A stretch of 64,000 nucleotides of DNA, taken from the NCBI GenBank assembly GCA_000004985.1, contig GG738887.1, one strand, 5' to 3'. This document shows, one piece after another, positions 12,001 to 23,963 of the stretch (position 1 is the first letter of the stretch; the number at the start of each line of letters is the position of its first letter). Under the pieces are notes generated by a model. The model was not told where the DNA came from, ran no database searches, and was given only the letters and a program-made list of their open reading frames with translations. This DNA is from Naegleria gruberi (lineage: Eukaryota). A program made the position numbers and the translations under genes.

Positions 12001-15000
12001 NNNNNNNNNNNNNNNNNNNNNNNNNNNNNNNNNNNNNNNNNNNNNNNNNNNNNNNNNNNNNNNNNNNNNNNNNNNNNNNNNNNNNNNNNNNNNNNNNNNN
12101 NNNNNNNNNNNNNNNNNNNNNNNNNNNNNNNNNNNNNNNNNNNNNNNNNNNNNNNNNNNNNNNNNNNNNNNNNNNNNNNNNNNNNNNNNNNNNNNNNNNN
12201 NNNNNNNNNNNNNNNNNNNNNNNNNNNNNNNNNNNNNNNNNNNNNNNNNNNNNNNNNNNNNNNNNNNNNNNNNNNNNNNNNNNNNNNNNNNNNNNNNNNN
12301 NNNNNNNNNNNNNNNNNNNNNNNNNNNNNNNNNNNNNNNNNNNNNNNNNNNNNNNNNNNNNNNNNNNNNNNNNNNNNNNNNNNNNNNNNNNNNNNNNNNN
12401 NNNNNNNNNNNNNNNNNNNNNNNNNNNNNNNNNNNNNNNNNNNNNNNNNNNNNNNNNNNNNNNNNNNNNNNNNNNNNNNNNNNNNNNNNNNNNNNNNNNN
12501 NNNNNNNNNNNNNNNNNNNNNNNNNNNNNNNNNNNNNNNNNNNNNNNNNNNNNNNNNNNNNNNNNNNNNNNNNNNNNNNNNNNNNNNNNNNNNNNNNNNN
12601 NNNNNNNNNNNNNNNNNNNNNNNNNNNNNNNNNNNNNNNNNNNNNNNNNNNNNNNNNNNNNNNNNNNNNNNNNNNNNNNNNNNNNNNNNNNNNNNNNNNN
12701 NNNNNNNNNNNNNNNNNNNNNNNNNNNNNNNNNNNNNNNNNNNNNNNNNNNNNNNNNNNNNNNNNNNNNNNNNNNNNNNNNNNNNNNNNNNNNNNNNNNN
12801 NNNNNNNNNNNNNNNNNNNNNNNNNNNNNNNNNNNNNNNNNNNNNNNNNNNNNNNNNNNNNNNNNNNNNNNNNNNNNNNNNNNNNNNNNNNNNNNNNNNN
12901 NNNNNNNNNNNNNNNNNNNNNNNNNNNNNNNNNNNNNNNNNNNNNNNNNNNNNNNNNNNNNNNNNNNNNNNNNNNNNNNNNNNNNNNNNNNNNNNNNNNN
13001 NNNNNNNNNNNNNNNNNNNNNNNNNNNNNNNNNNNNNNNNNNNNNNNNNNNNNNNNNNNNNNNNNNNNNNNNNNNNNNNNNNNNNNNNNNNNNNNNNNNN
13101 NNNNNNNNNNNNNNNNNNNNNNNNNNNNNNNNNNNNNNNNNNNNNNNNNNNNNNNNNNNNNNNNNNNNNNNNNNNNNNNNNNNNNNNNNNNNNNNNNNNN
13201 NNNNNNNNNNNNNNNNNNNNNNNNNNNNNNNNNNNNNNNNNNNNNNNNNNNNNNNNNNNNNNNNNNNNNNNNNNNNNNNNNNNNNNNNNNNNNNNNNNNN
13301 NNNNNNNNNNNNNNNNNNNNNNNNNNNNNNNNNNNNNNNNNNNNNNNNNNNNNNNNNNNNNNNNNNNNNNNNNNNNNNNNNNNNNNNNNNNNNNNNNNNN
13401 NNNNNNNNNNNNNNNNNNNNNNNNNNNNNNNNNNNNNNNNNNNNNNNNNNNNNNNNNNNNNNNNNNNNNNNNNNNNNNNNNNNNNNNNNNNNNNNNNNNN
13501 NNNNNNNNNNNNNNNNNNNNNNNNNNNNNNNNNNNNNNNNNNNNNNNNNNNNNNNNNNNNNNNNNNNNNNNNNNNNNNNNNNNNNNNNNNNNNNNNNNNN
13601 NNNNNNNNNNNNNNNNNNNNNNNNNNNNNNNNNNNNNNNNNNNNNNNNNNNNNNNNNNNNNNNNNNNNNNNNNNNNNNNNNNNNNNNNNNNNNNNNNNNN
13701 NNNNNNNNNNNNNNNNNNNNNNNNNNNNNNNNNNNNNNNNNNNNNNNNNNNNNNNNNNNNNNNNNNNNNNNNNNNNNNNNNNNNNNNNNNNNNNNNNNNN
13801 NNNNNNNNNNNNNNNNNNNNNNNNNNNNNNNNNNNNNNNNNNNNNNNNNNNNNNNNNNNNNNNNNNNNNNNNNNNNNNNNNNNNNNNNNNNNNNNNNNNN
13901 NNNNNNNNNNNNNNNNNNNNNNNNNNNNNNNNNNNNNNNNNNNNNNNNNNNNNNNNNNNNNNNNNNNNNNNNNNNNNNNNNNNNNNNNNNNNNNNNNNNN
14001 NNNNNNNNNNNNNNNNNNNNNNNNNNNNNNNNNNNNNNNNNNNNNNNNNNNNNNNNNNNNNNNNNNNNNNNNNNNNNNNNNNNNNNNNNNNNNNNNNNNN
14101 NNNNNNNNNNNNNNNNNNNNNNNNNNNNNNNNNNNNNNNNNNNNNNNNNNNNNNNNNNNNNNNNNNNNNNNNNNNNNNNNNNNNNNNNNNNNNNNNNNNN
14201 NNNNNNNNNNNNNNNNNNNNNNNNNNNNNNNNNNNNNNNNNNNNNNNNNNNNNNNNNNNNNNNNNNNNNNNNNNNNNNNNNNNNNNNNNNNNNNNNNNNN
14301 NNNNNNNNNNNNNNNNNNNNNNNNNNNNNNNNNNNNNNNNNNNNNNNNNNNNNNNNNNNNNNNNNNNNNNNNNNNNNNNNNNNNNNNNNNNNNNNNNNNN
14401 NNNNNNNNNNNNNNNNNNNNNNNNNNNNNNNNNNNNNNNNNNNNNNNNNNNNNNNNNNNNNNNNNNNNNNNNNNNNNNNNNNNNNNNNNNNNNNNNNNNN
14501 NNNNNNNNNNNNNNNNNNNNNNNNNNNNNNNNNNNNNNNNNNNNNNNNNNNNNNNNNNNNNNNNNNNNNNNNNNNNNNNNNNNNNNNNNNNNNNNNNNNN
14601 NNNNNNNNNNNNNNNNNNNNNNNNNNNNNNNNNNNNNNNNNNNNNNNNNNNNNNNNNNNNNNNNNNNNNNNNNNNNNNNNNNNNNNNNNNNNNNNNNNNN
14701 NNNNNNNNNNNNNNNNNNNNNNNNNNNNNNNNNNNNNNNNNNNNNNNNNNNNNNNNNNNNNNNNNNNNNNNNNNNNNNNNNNNNNNNNNNNNNNNNNNNN
14801 NNNNNNNNNNNNNNNNNNNNNNNNNNNNNNNNNNNNNNNNNNNNNNNNNNNNNNNNNNNNNNNNNNNNNNNNNNNNNNNNNNNNNNNNNNNNNNNNNNNN
14901 NNNNNNNNNNNNNNNNNNNNNNNNNNNNNNNNNNNNNNNNNNNNNNNNNNNNNNNNNNNNNNNNNNNNNNNNNNNNNNNNNNNNNNNNNNNNNNNNNNNN

Positions 15001-18000
15001 NNNNNNNNNNNNNNNNNNNNNNNNNNNNNNNNNNNNNNNNNNNNNNNNNNNNNNNNNNNNNNNNNNNNNNNNNNNNNNNNNNNNNNNNNNNNNNNNNNNN
15101 NNNNNNNNNNNNNNNNNNNNNNNNNNNNNNNNNNNNNNNNNNNNNNNNNNNNNNNNNNNNNNNNNNNNNNNNNNNNNNNNNNNNNNNNNNNNNNNNNNNN
15201 NNNNNNNNNNNNNNNNNNNNNNNNNNNNNNNNNNNNNNNNNNNNNNNNNNNNNNNNNNNNNNNNNNNNNNNNNNNNNNNNNNNNNNNNNNNNNNNNNNNN
15301 NNNNNNNNNNNNNNNNNNNNNNNNNNNNNNNNNNNNNNNNNNNNNNNNNNNNNNNNNNNNNNNNNNNNNNNNNNNNNNNNNNNNNNNNNNNNNNNNNNNN
15401 NNNNNNNNNNNNNNNNNNNNNNNNNNNNNNNNNNNNNNNNNNNNNNNNNNNNNNNNNNNNNNNNNNNNNNNNNNNNNNNNNNNNNNNNNNNNNNNNNNNN
15501 NNNNNNNNNNNNNNNNNNNNNNNNNNNNNNNNNNNNNNNNNNNNNNNNNNNNNNNNNNNNNNNNNNNNNNNNNNNNNNNNNNNNNNNNNNNNNNNNNNNN
15601 NNNNNNNNNNNNNNNNNNNNNNNNNNNNNNNNNNNNNNNNNNNNNNNNNNNNNNNNNNNNNNNNNNNNNNNNNNNNNNNNNNNNNNNNNNNNNNNNNNNN
15701 NNNNNNNNNNNNNNNNNNNNNNNNNNNNNNNNNNNNNNNNNNNNNNNNNNNNNNNNNNNNNNNNNNNNNNNNNNNNNNNNNNNNNNNNNNNNNNNNNNNN
15801 NNNNNNNNNNNNNNNNNNNNNNNNNNNNNNNNNNNNNNNNNNNNNNNNNNNNNNNNNNNNNNNNNNNNNNNNNNNNNNNNNNNNNNNNNNNNNNNNNNNN
15901 NNNNNNNNNNNNNNNNNNNNNNNNNNNNNNNNNNNNNNNNNNNNNNNNNNNNNNNNNNNNNNNNNNNNNNNNNNNNNNNNNNNNNNNNNNNNNNNNNNNN
16001 NNNNNNNNNNNNNNNNNNNNNNNNNNNNNNNNNNNNNNNNNNNNNNNNNNNNNNNNNNNNNNNNNNNNNNNNNNNNNNNNNNNNNNNNNNNNNNNNNNNN
16101 NNNNNNNNNNNNNNNNNNNNNNNNNNNNNNNNNNNNNNNNNNNNNNNNNNNNNNNNNNNNNNNNNNNNNNNNNNNNNNNNNNNNNNNNNNNNNNNNNNNN
16201 NNNNNNNNNNNNNNNNNNNNNNNNNNNNNNNNNNNNNNNNNNNNNNNNNNNNNNNNNNNNNNNNNNNNNNNNNNNNNNNNNNNNNNNNNNNNNNNNNNNN
16301 NNNNNNNNNNNNNNNNNNNNNNNNNNNNNNNNNNNNNNNNNNNNNNNNNNNNNNNNNNNNNNNNNNNNNNNNNNNNNNNNNNNNNNNNNNNNNNNNNNNN
16401 NNNNNNNNNNNNNNNNNNNNNNNNNNNNNNNNNNNNNNNNNNNNNNNNNNNNNNNNNNNNNNNNNNNNNNNNNNNNNNNNNNNNNNNNNNNNNNNNNNNN
16501 NNNNNNNNNNNNNNNNNNNNNNNNNNNNNNNNNNNNNNNNNNNNNNNNNNNNNNNNNNNNNNNNNNNNNNNNNNNNNNNNNNNNNNNNNNNNNNNNNNNN
16601 NNNNNNNNNNNNNNNNNNNNNNNNNNNNNNNNNNNNNNNNNNNNNNNNNNNNNNNNNNNNNNNNNNNNNNNNNNNNNNNNNNNNNNNNNNNNNNNNNNNN
16701 NNNNNNNNNNNNNNNNNNNNNNNNNNNNNNNNNNNNNNNNNNNNNNNNNNNNNNNNNNNNNNNNNNNNNNNNNNNNNNNNNNNNNNNNNNNNNNNNNNNN
16801 NNNNNNNNNNNNNNNNNNNNNNNNNNNNNNNNNNNNNNNNNNNNNNNNNNNNNNNNNNNNNNNNNNNNNNNNNNNNNNNNNNNNNNNNNNNNNNNNNNNN
16901 NNNNNNNNNNNNNNNNNNNNNNNNNNNNNNNNNNNNNNNNNNNNNNNNNNNNNNNNNNNNNNNNNNNNNNNNNNNNNNNNNNNNNNNNNNNNNNNNNNNN
17001 NNNNNNNNNNNNNNNNNNNNNNNNNNNNNNNNNNNNNNNNNNNNNNNNNNNNNNNNNNNNNNNNNNNNNNNNNNNNNNNNNNNNNNNNNNNNNNNNNNNN
17101 NNNNNNNNNNNNNNNNNNNNNNNNNNNNNNNNNNNNNNNNNNNNNNNNNNNNNNNNNNNNNNNNNNNNNNNNNNNNNNNNNNNNNNNNNNNNNNNNNNNN
17201 NNNNNNNNNNNNNNNNNNNNNNNNNNNNNNNNNNNNNNNNNNNNNNNNNNNNNNNNNNNNNNNNNNNNNNNNNNNNNNNNNNNNNNNNNNNNNNNNNNNN
17301 NNNNNNNNNNNNNNNNNNNNNNNNNNNNNNNNNNNNNNNNNNNNNNNNNNNNNNNNNNNNNNNNNNNNNNNNNNNNNNNNNNNNNNNNNNNNNNNNNNNN
17401 NNNNNNNNNNNNNNNNNNNNNNNNNNNNNNNNNNNNNNNNNNNNNNNNNNNNNNNNNNNNNNNNNNNNNNNNNNNNNNNNNNNNNNNNNNNNNNNNNNNN
17501 NNNNNNNNNNNNNNNNNNNNNNNNNNNNNNNNNNNNNNNNNNNNNNNNNNNNNNNNNNNNNNNNNNNNNNNNNNNNNNNNNNNNNNNNNNNNNNNNNNNN
17601 NNNNNNNNNNNNNNNNNNNNNNNNNNNNNNNNNNNNNNNNNNNNNNNNNNNNNNNNNNNNNNNNNNNNNNNNNNNNNNNNNNNNNNNNNNNNNNNNNNNN
17701 NNNNNNNNNNNNNNNNNNNNNNNNNNNNNNNNNNNNNNNNNNNNNNNNNNNNNNNNNNNNNNNNNNNNNNNNNNNNNNNNNNNNNNNNNNNNNNNNNNNN
17801 NNNNNNNNNNNNNNNNNNNNNNNNNNNNNNNNNNNNNNNNNNNNNNNNNNNNNNNNNNNNNNNNNNNNNNNNNNNNNNNNNNNNNNNNNNNNNNNNNNNN
17901 NNNNNNNNNNNNNNNNNNNNNNNNNNNNNNNNNNNNNNNNNNNNNNNNNNNNNNNNNNNNNNNNNNNNNNNNNNNNNNNNNNNNNNNNNNNNNNNNNNNN

Positions 18001-21000
18001 NNNNNNNNNNNNNNNNNNNNNNNNNNNNNNNNNNNNNNNNNNNNNNNNNNNNNNNNNNNNNNNNNNNNNNNNNNNNNNNNNNNNNNNNNNNNNNNNNNNN
18101 NNNNNNNNNNNNNNNNNNNNNNNNNNNNNNNNNNNNNNNNNNNNNNNNNNNNNNNNNNNNNNNNNNNNNNNNNNNNNNNNNNNNNNNNNNNNNNNNNNNN
18201 NNNNNNNNNNNNNNNNNNNNNNNNNNNNNNNNNNNNNNNNNNNNNNNNNNNNNNNNNNNNNNNNNNNNNNNNNNNNNNNNNNNNNNNNNNNNNNNNNNNN
18301 NNNNNNNNNNNNNNNNNNNNNNNNNNNNNNNNNNNNNNNNNNNNNNNNNNNNNNNNNNNNNNNNNNNNNNNNNNNNNNNNNNNNNNNNNNNNNNNNNNNN
18401 NNNNNNNNNNNNNNNNNNNNNNNNNNNNNNNNNNNNNNNNNNNNNNNNNNNNNNNNNNNNNNNNNNNNNNNNNNNNNNNNNNNNNNNNNNNNNNNNNNNN
18501 NNNNNNNNNNNNNNNNNNNNNNNNNNNNNNNNNNNNNNNNNNNNNNNNNNNNNNNNNNNNNNNNNNNNNNNNNNNNNNNNNNNNNNNNNNNNNNNNNNNN
18601 NNNNNNNNNNNNNNNNNNNNNNNNNNNNNNNNNNNNNNNNNNNNNNNNNNNNNNNNNNNNNNNNNNNNNNNNNNNNNNNNNNNNNNNNNNNNNNNNNNNN
18701 NNNNNNNNNNNNNNNNNNNNNNNNNNNNNNNNNNNNNNNNNNNNNNNNNNNNNNNNNNNNNNNNNNNNNNNNNNNNNNNNNNNNNNNNNNNNNNNNNNNN
18801 NNNNNNNNNNNNNNNNNNNNNNNNNNNNNNNNNNNNNNNNNNNNNNNNNNNNNNNNNNNNNNNNNNNNNNNNNNNNNNNNNNNNNNNNNNNNNNNNNNNN
18901 NNNNNNNNNNNNNNNNNNNNNNNNNNNNNNNNNNNNNNNNNNNNNNNNNNNNNNNNNNNNNNNNNNNNNNNNNNNNNNNNNNNNNNNNNNNNNNNNNNNN
19001 NNNNNNNNNNNNNNNNNNNNNNNNNNNNNNNNNNNNNNNNNNNNNNNNNNNNNNNNNNNNNNNNNNNNNNNNNNNNNNNNNNNNNNNNNNNNNNNNNNNN
19101 NNNNNNNNNNNNNNNNNNNNNNNNNNNNNNNNNNNNNNNNNNNNNNNNNNNNNNNNNNNNNNNNNNNNNNNNNNNNNNNNNNNNNNNNNNNNNNNNNNNN
19201 NNNNNNNNNNNNNNNNNNNNNNNNNNNNNNNNNNNNNNNNNNNNNNNNNNNNNNNNNNNNNNNNNNNNNNNNNNNNNNNNNNNNNNNNNNNNNNNNNNNN
19301 NNNNNNNNNNNNNNNNNNNNNNNNNNNNNNNNNNNNNNNNNNNNNNNNNNNNNNNNNNNNNNNNNNNNNNNNNNNNNNNNNNNNNNNNNNNNNNNNNNNN
19401 NNNNNNNNNNNNNNNNNNNNNNNNNNNNNNNNNNNNNNNNNNNNNNNNNNNNNNNNNNNNNNNNNNNNNNNNNNNNNNNNNNNNNNNNNNNNNNNNNNNN
19501 NNNNNNNNNNNNNNNNNNNNNNNNNNNNNNNNNNNNNNNNNNNNNNNNNNNNNNNNNNNNNNNNNNNNNNNNNNNNNNNNNNNNNNNNNNNNNNNNNNNN
19601 NNNNNNNNNNNNNNNNNNNNNNNNNNNNNNNNNNNNNNNNNNNNNNNNNNNNNNNNNNNNNNNNNNNNNNNNNNNNNNNNNNNNNNNNNNNNNNNNNNNN
19701 NNNNNNNNNNNNNNNNNNNNNNNNNNNNNNNNNNNNNNNNNNNNNNNNNNNNNNNNNNNNNNNNNNNNNNNNNNNNNNNNNNNNNNNNNNNNNNNNNNNN
19801 NNNNNNNNNNNNNNNNNNNNNNNNNNNNNNNNNNNNNNNNNNNNNNNNNNNNNNNNNNNNNNNNNNNNNNNNNNNNNNNNNNNNNNNNNNNNNNNNNNNN
19901 NNNNNNNNNNNNNNNNNNNNNNNNNNNNNNNNNNNNNNNNNNNNNNNNNNNNNNNNNNNNNNNNNNNNNNNNNNNNNNNNNNNNNNNNNNNNNNNNNNNN
20001 NNNNNNNNNNNNNNNNNNNNNNNNNNNNNNNNNNNNNNNNNNNNNNNNNNNNNNNNNNNNNNNNNNNNNNNNNNNNNNNNNNNNNNNNNNNNNNNNNNNN
20101 NNNNNNNNNNNNNNNNNNNNNNNNNNNNNNNNNNNNNNNNNNNNNNNNNNNNNNNNNNNNNNNNNNNNNNNNNNNNNNNNNNNNNNNNNNNNNNNNNNNN
20201 NNNNNNNNNNNNNNNNNNNNNNNNNNNNNNNNNNNNNNNNNNNNNNNNNNNNNNNNNNNNNNNNNNNNNNNNNNNNNNNNNNNNNNNNNNNNNNNNNNNN
20301 NNNNNNNNNNNNNNNNNNNNNNNNNNNNNNNNNNNNNNNNNNNNNNNNNNNNNNNNNNNNNNNNNNNNNNNNNNNNNNNNNNNNNNNNNNNNNNNNNNNN
20401 NNNNNNNNNNNNNNNNNNNNNNNNNNNNNNNNNNNNNNNNNNNNNNNNNNNNNNNNNNNNNNNNNNNNNNNNNNNNNNNNNNNNNNNNNNNNNNNNNNNN
20501 NNNNNNNNNNNNNNNNNNNNNNNNNNNNNNNNNNNNNNNNNNNNNNNNNNNNNNNNNNNNNNNNNNNNNNNNNNNNNNNNNNNNNNNNNNNNNNNNNNNN
20601 NNNNNNNNNNNNNNNNNNNNNNNNNNNNNNNNNNNNNNNNNNNNNNNNNNNNNNNNNNNNNNNNNNNNNNNNNNNNNNNNNNNNNNNNNNNNNNNNNNNN
20701 NNNNNNNNNNNNNNNNNNNNNNNNNNNNNNNNNNNNNNNNNNNNNNNNNNNNNNNNNNNNNNNNNNNNNNNNNNNNNNNNNNNNNNNNNNNNNNNNNNNN
20801 NNNNNNNNNNNNNNNNNNNNNNNNNNNNNNNNNNNNNNNNNNNNNNNNNNNNNNNNNNNNNNNNNNNNNNNNNNNNNNNNNNNNNNNNNNNNNNNNNNNN
20901 NNNNNNNNNNNNNNNNNNNNNNNNNNNNNNNNNNNNNNNNNNNNNNNNNNNNNNNNNNNNNNNNNNNNNNNNNNNNNNNNNNNNNNNNNNNNNNNNNNNN

Positions 21001-23940
21001 NNNNNNNNNNNNNNNNNNNNNNNNNNNNNNNNNNNNNNNNNNNNNNNNNNNNNNNNNNNNNNNNNNNNNNNNNNNNNNNNNNNNNNNNNNNNNNNNNNNN
21101 NNNNNNNNNNNNNNNNNNNNNNNNNNNNNNNNNNNNNNNNNNNNNNNNNNNNNNNNNNNNNNNNNNNNNNNNNNNNNNNNNNNNNNNNNNNNNNNNNNNN
21201 NNNNNNNNNNNNNNNNNNNNNNNNNNNNNNNNNNNNNNNNNNNNNNNNNNNNNNNNNNNNNNNNNNNNNNNNNNNNNNNNNNNNNNNNNNNNNNNNNNNN
21301 NNNNNNNNNNNNNNNNNNNNNNNNNNNNNNNNNNNNNNNNNNNNNNNNNNNNNNNNNNNNNNNNNNNNNNNNNNNNNNNNNNNNNNNNNNNNNNNNNNNN
21401 NNNNNNNNNNNNNNNNNNNNNNNNNNNNNNNNNNNNNNNNNNNNNNNNNNNNNNNNNNNNNNNNNNNNNNNNNNNNNNNNNNNNNNNNNNNNNNNNNNNN
21501 NNNNNNNNNNNNNNNNNNNNNNNNNNNNNNNNNNNNNNNNNNNNNNNNNNNNNNNNNNNNNNNNNNNNNNNNNNNNNNNNNNNNNNNNNNNNNNNNNNNN
21601 NNNNNNNNNNNNNNNNNNNNNNNNNNNNNNNNNNNNNNNNNNNNNNNNNNNNNNNNNNNNNNNNNNNNNNNNNNNNNNNNNNNNNNNNNNNNNNNNNNNN
21701 NNNNNNNNNNNNNNNNNNNNNNNNNNNNNNNNNNNNNNNNNNNNNNNNNNNNNNNNNNNNNNNNNNNNNNNNNNNNNNNNNNNNNNNNNNNNNNNNNNNN
21801 NNNNNNNNNNNNNNNNNNNNNNNNNNNNNNNNNNNNNNNNNNNNNNNNNNNNNNNNNNNNNNNNNNNNNNNNNNNNNNNNNNNNNNNNNNNNNNNNNNNN
21901 NNNNNNNNNNNNNNNNNNNNNNNNNNNNNNNNNNNNNNNNNNNNNNNNNNNNNNNNNNNNNNNNNNNNNNNNNNNNNNNNNNNNNNNNNNNNNNNNNNNN
22001 NNNNNNNNNNNNNNNNNNNNNNNNNNNNNNNNNNNNNNNNNNNNNNNNNNNNNNNNNNNNNNNNNNNNNNNNNNNNNNNNNNNNNNNNNNNNNNNNNNNN
22101 NNNNNNNNNNNNNNNNNNNNNNNNNNNNNNNNNNNNNNNNNNNNNNNNNNNNNNNNNNNNNNNNNNNNNNNNNNNNNNNNNNNNNNNNNNNNNNNNNNNN
22201 NNNNNNNNNNNNNNNNNNNNNNNNNNNNNNNNNNNNNNNNNNNNNNNNNNNNNNNNNNNNNNNNNNNNNNNNNNNNNNNNNNNNNNNNNNNNNNNNNNNN
22301 NNNNNNNNNNNNNNNNNNNNNNNNNNNNNNNNNNNNNNNNNNNNNNNNNNNNNNNNNNNNNNNNNNNNNNNNNNNNNNNNNNNNNNNNNNNNNNNNNNNN
22401 NNNNNNNNNNNNNNNNNNNNNNNNNNNNNNNNNNNNNNNNNNNNNNNNNNNNNNNNNNNNNNNNNNNNNNNNNNNNNNNNNNNNNNNNNNNNNNNNNNNN
22501 NNNNNNNNNNNNNNNNNNNNNNNNNNNNNNNNNNNNNNNNNNNNNNNNNNNNNNNNNNNNNNNNNNNNNNNNNNNNNNNNNNNNNNNNNNNNNNNNNNNN
22601 NNNNNNNNNNNNNNNNNNNNNNNNNNNNNNNNNNNNNNNNNNNNNNNNNNNNNNNNNNNNNNNNNNNNNNNNNNNNNNNNNNNNNNNNNNNNNNNNNNNN
22701 NNNNNNNNNNNNNNNNNNNNNNNNNNNNNNNNNNNNNNNNNNNNNNNNNNNNNNNNNNNNNNNNNNNNNNNNNNNNNNNNNNNNNNNNNNNNNNNNNNNN
22801 NNNNNNNNNNNNNNNNNNNNNNNNNNNNNNNNNNNNNNNNNNNNNNNNNNNNNNNNNNNNNNNNNNNNNNNNNNNNNNNNNNNNNNNNNNNNNNNNNNNN
22901 NNNNNNNNNNNNNNNNNNNNNNNNNNNNNNNNNNNNNNNNNNNNNNNNNNNNNNNNNNNNNNNNNNNNNNNNNNNNNNNNNNNNNNNNNNNNNNNNNNNN
23001 NNNNNNNNNNNNNNNNNNNNNNNNNNNNNNNNNNNNNNNNNNNNNNNNNNNNNNNNNNNNNNNNNNNNNNNNNNNNNNNNNNNNNNNNNNNNNNNNNNNN
23101 NNNNNNNNNNNNNNNNNNNNNNNNNNNNNNNNNNNNNNNNNNNNNNNNNNNNNNNNNNNNNNNNNNNNNNNNNNNNNNNNNNNNNNNNNNNNNNNNNNNN
23201 NNNNNNNNNNNNNNNNNNNNNNNNNNNNNNNNNNNNNNNNNNNNNNNNNNNNNNNNNNNNNNNNNNNNNNNNNNNNNNNNNNNNNNNNNNNNNNNNNNNN
23301 NNNNNNNNNNNNNNNNNNNNNNNNNNNNNNNNNNNNNNNNNNNNNNNNNNNNNNNNNNNNNNNNNNNNNNNNNNNNNNNNNNNNNNNNNNNNNNNNNNNN
23401 NNNNNNNNNNNNNNNNNNNNNNNNNNNNNNNNNNNNNNNNNNNNNNNNNNNNNNNNNNNNNNNNNNNNNNNNNNNNNNNNNNNNNNNNNNNNNNNNNNNN
23501 NNNNNNNNNNNNNNNNNNNNNNNNNNNNNNNNNNNNNNNNNNNNNNNNNNNNNNNNNNNNNNNNNNNNNNNNNNNNNNNNNNNNNNNNNNNNNNNNNNNN
23601 NNNNNNNNNNNNNNNNNNNNNNNNNNNNNNNNNNNNNNNNNNNNNNNNNNNNNNNNNNNNNNNNNNNNNNNNNNNNNNNNNNNNNNNNNNNNNNNNNNNN
23701 NNNNNNNNNNNNNNNNNNNNNNNNNNNNNNNNNNNNNNNNNNNNNNNNNNNNNNNNNNNNNNNNNNNNNNNNNNNNNNNNNNNNNNNNNNNNNNNNNNNN
23801 NNNNNNNNNNNNNNNNNNNNNNNNNNNNNNNNNNNNNNNNNNNNNNNNNNNNNNNNNNNNNNNNNNNNNNNNNNNNNNNNNNNNNNNNNNNNNNNNNNNN
23901 NNNNNNNNNNNNNNNNNNNNNNNNNNNNNNNNNNNNNNNN
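1..23940. other. Assembly gap (run of N), no sequence information
   Basis: Uninterrupted n characters from 1 to 23940. Real sequence begins at 23941. Confidence 0.97.
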
Positions 23941-23963
23941 NCTCTGTTGTTTTAATAGTAACT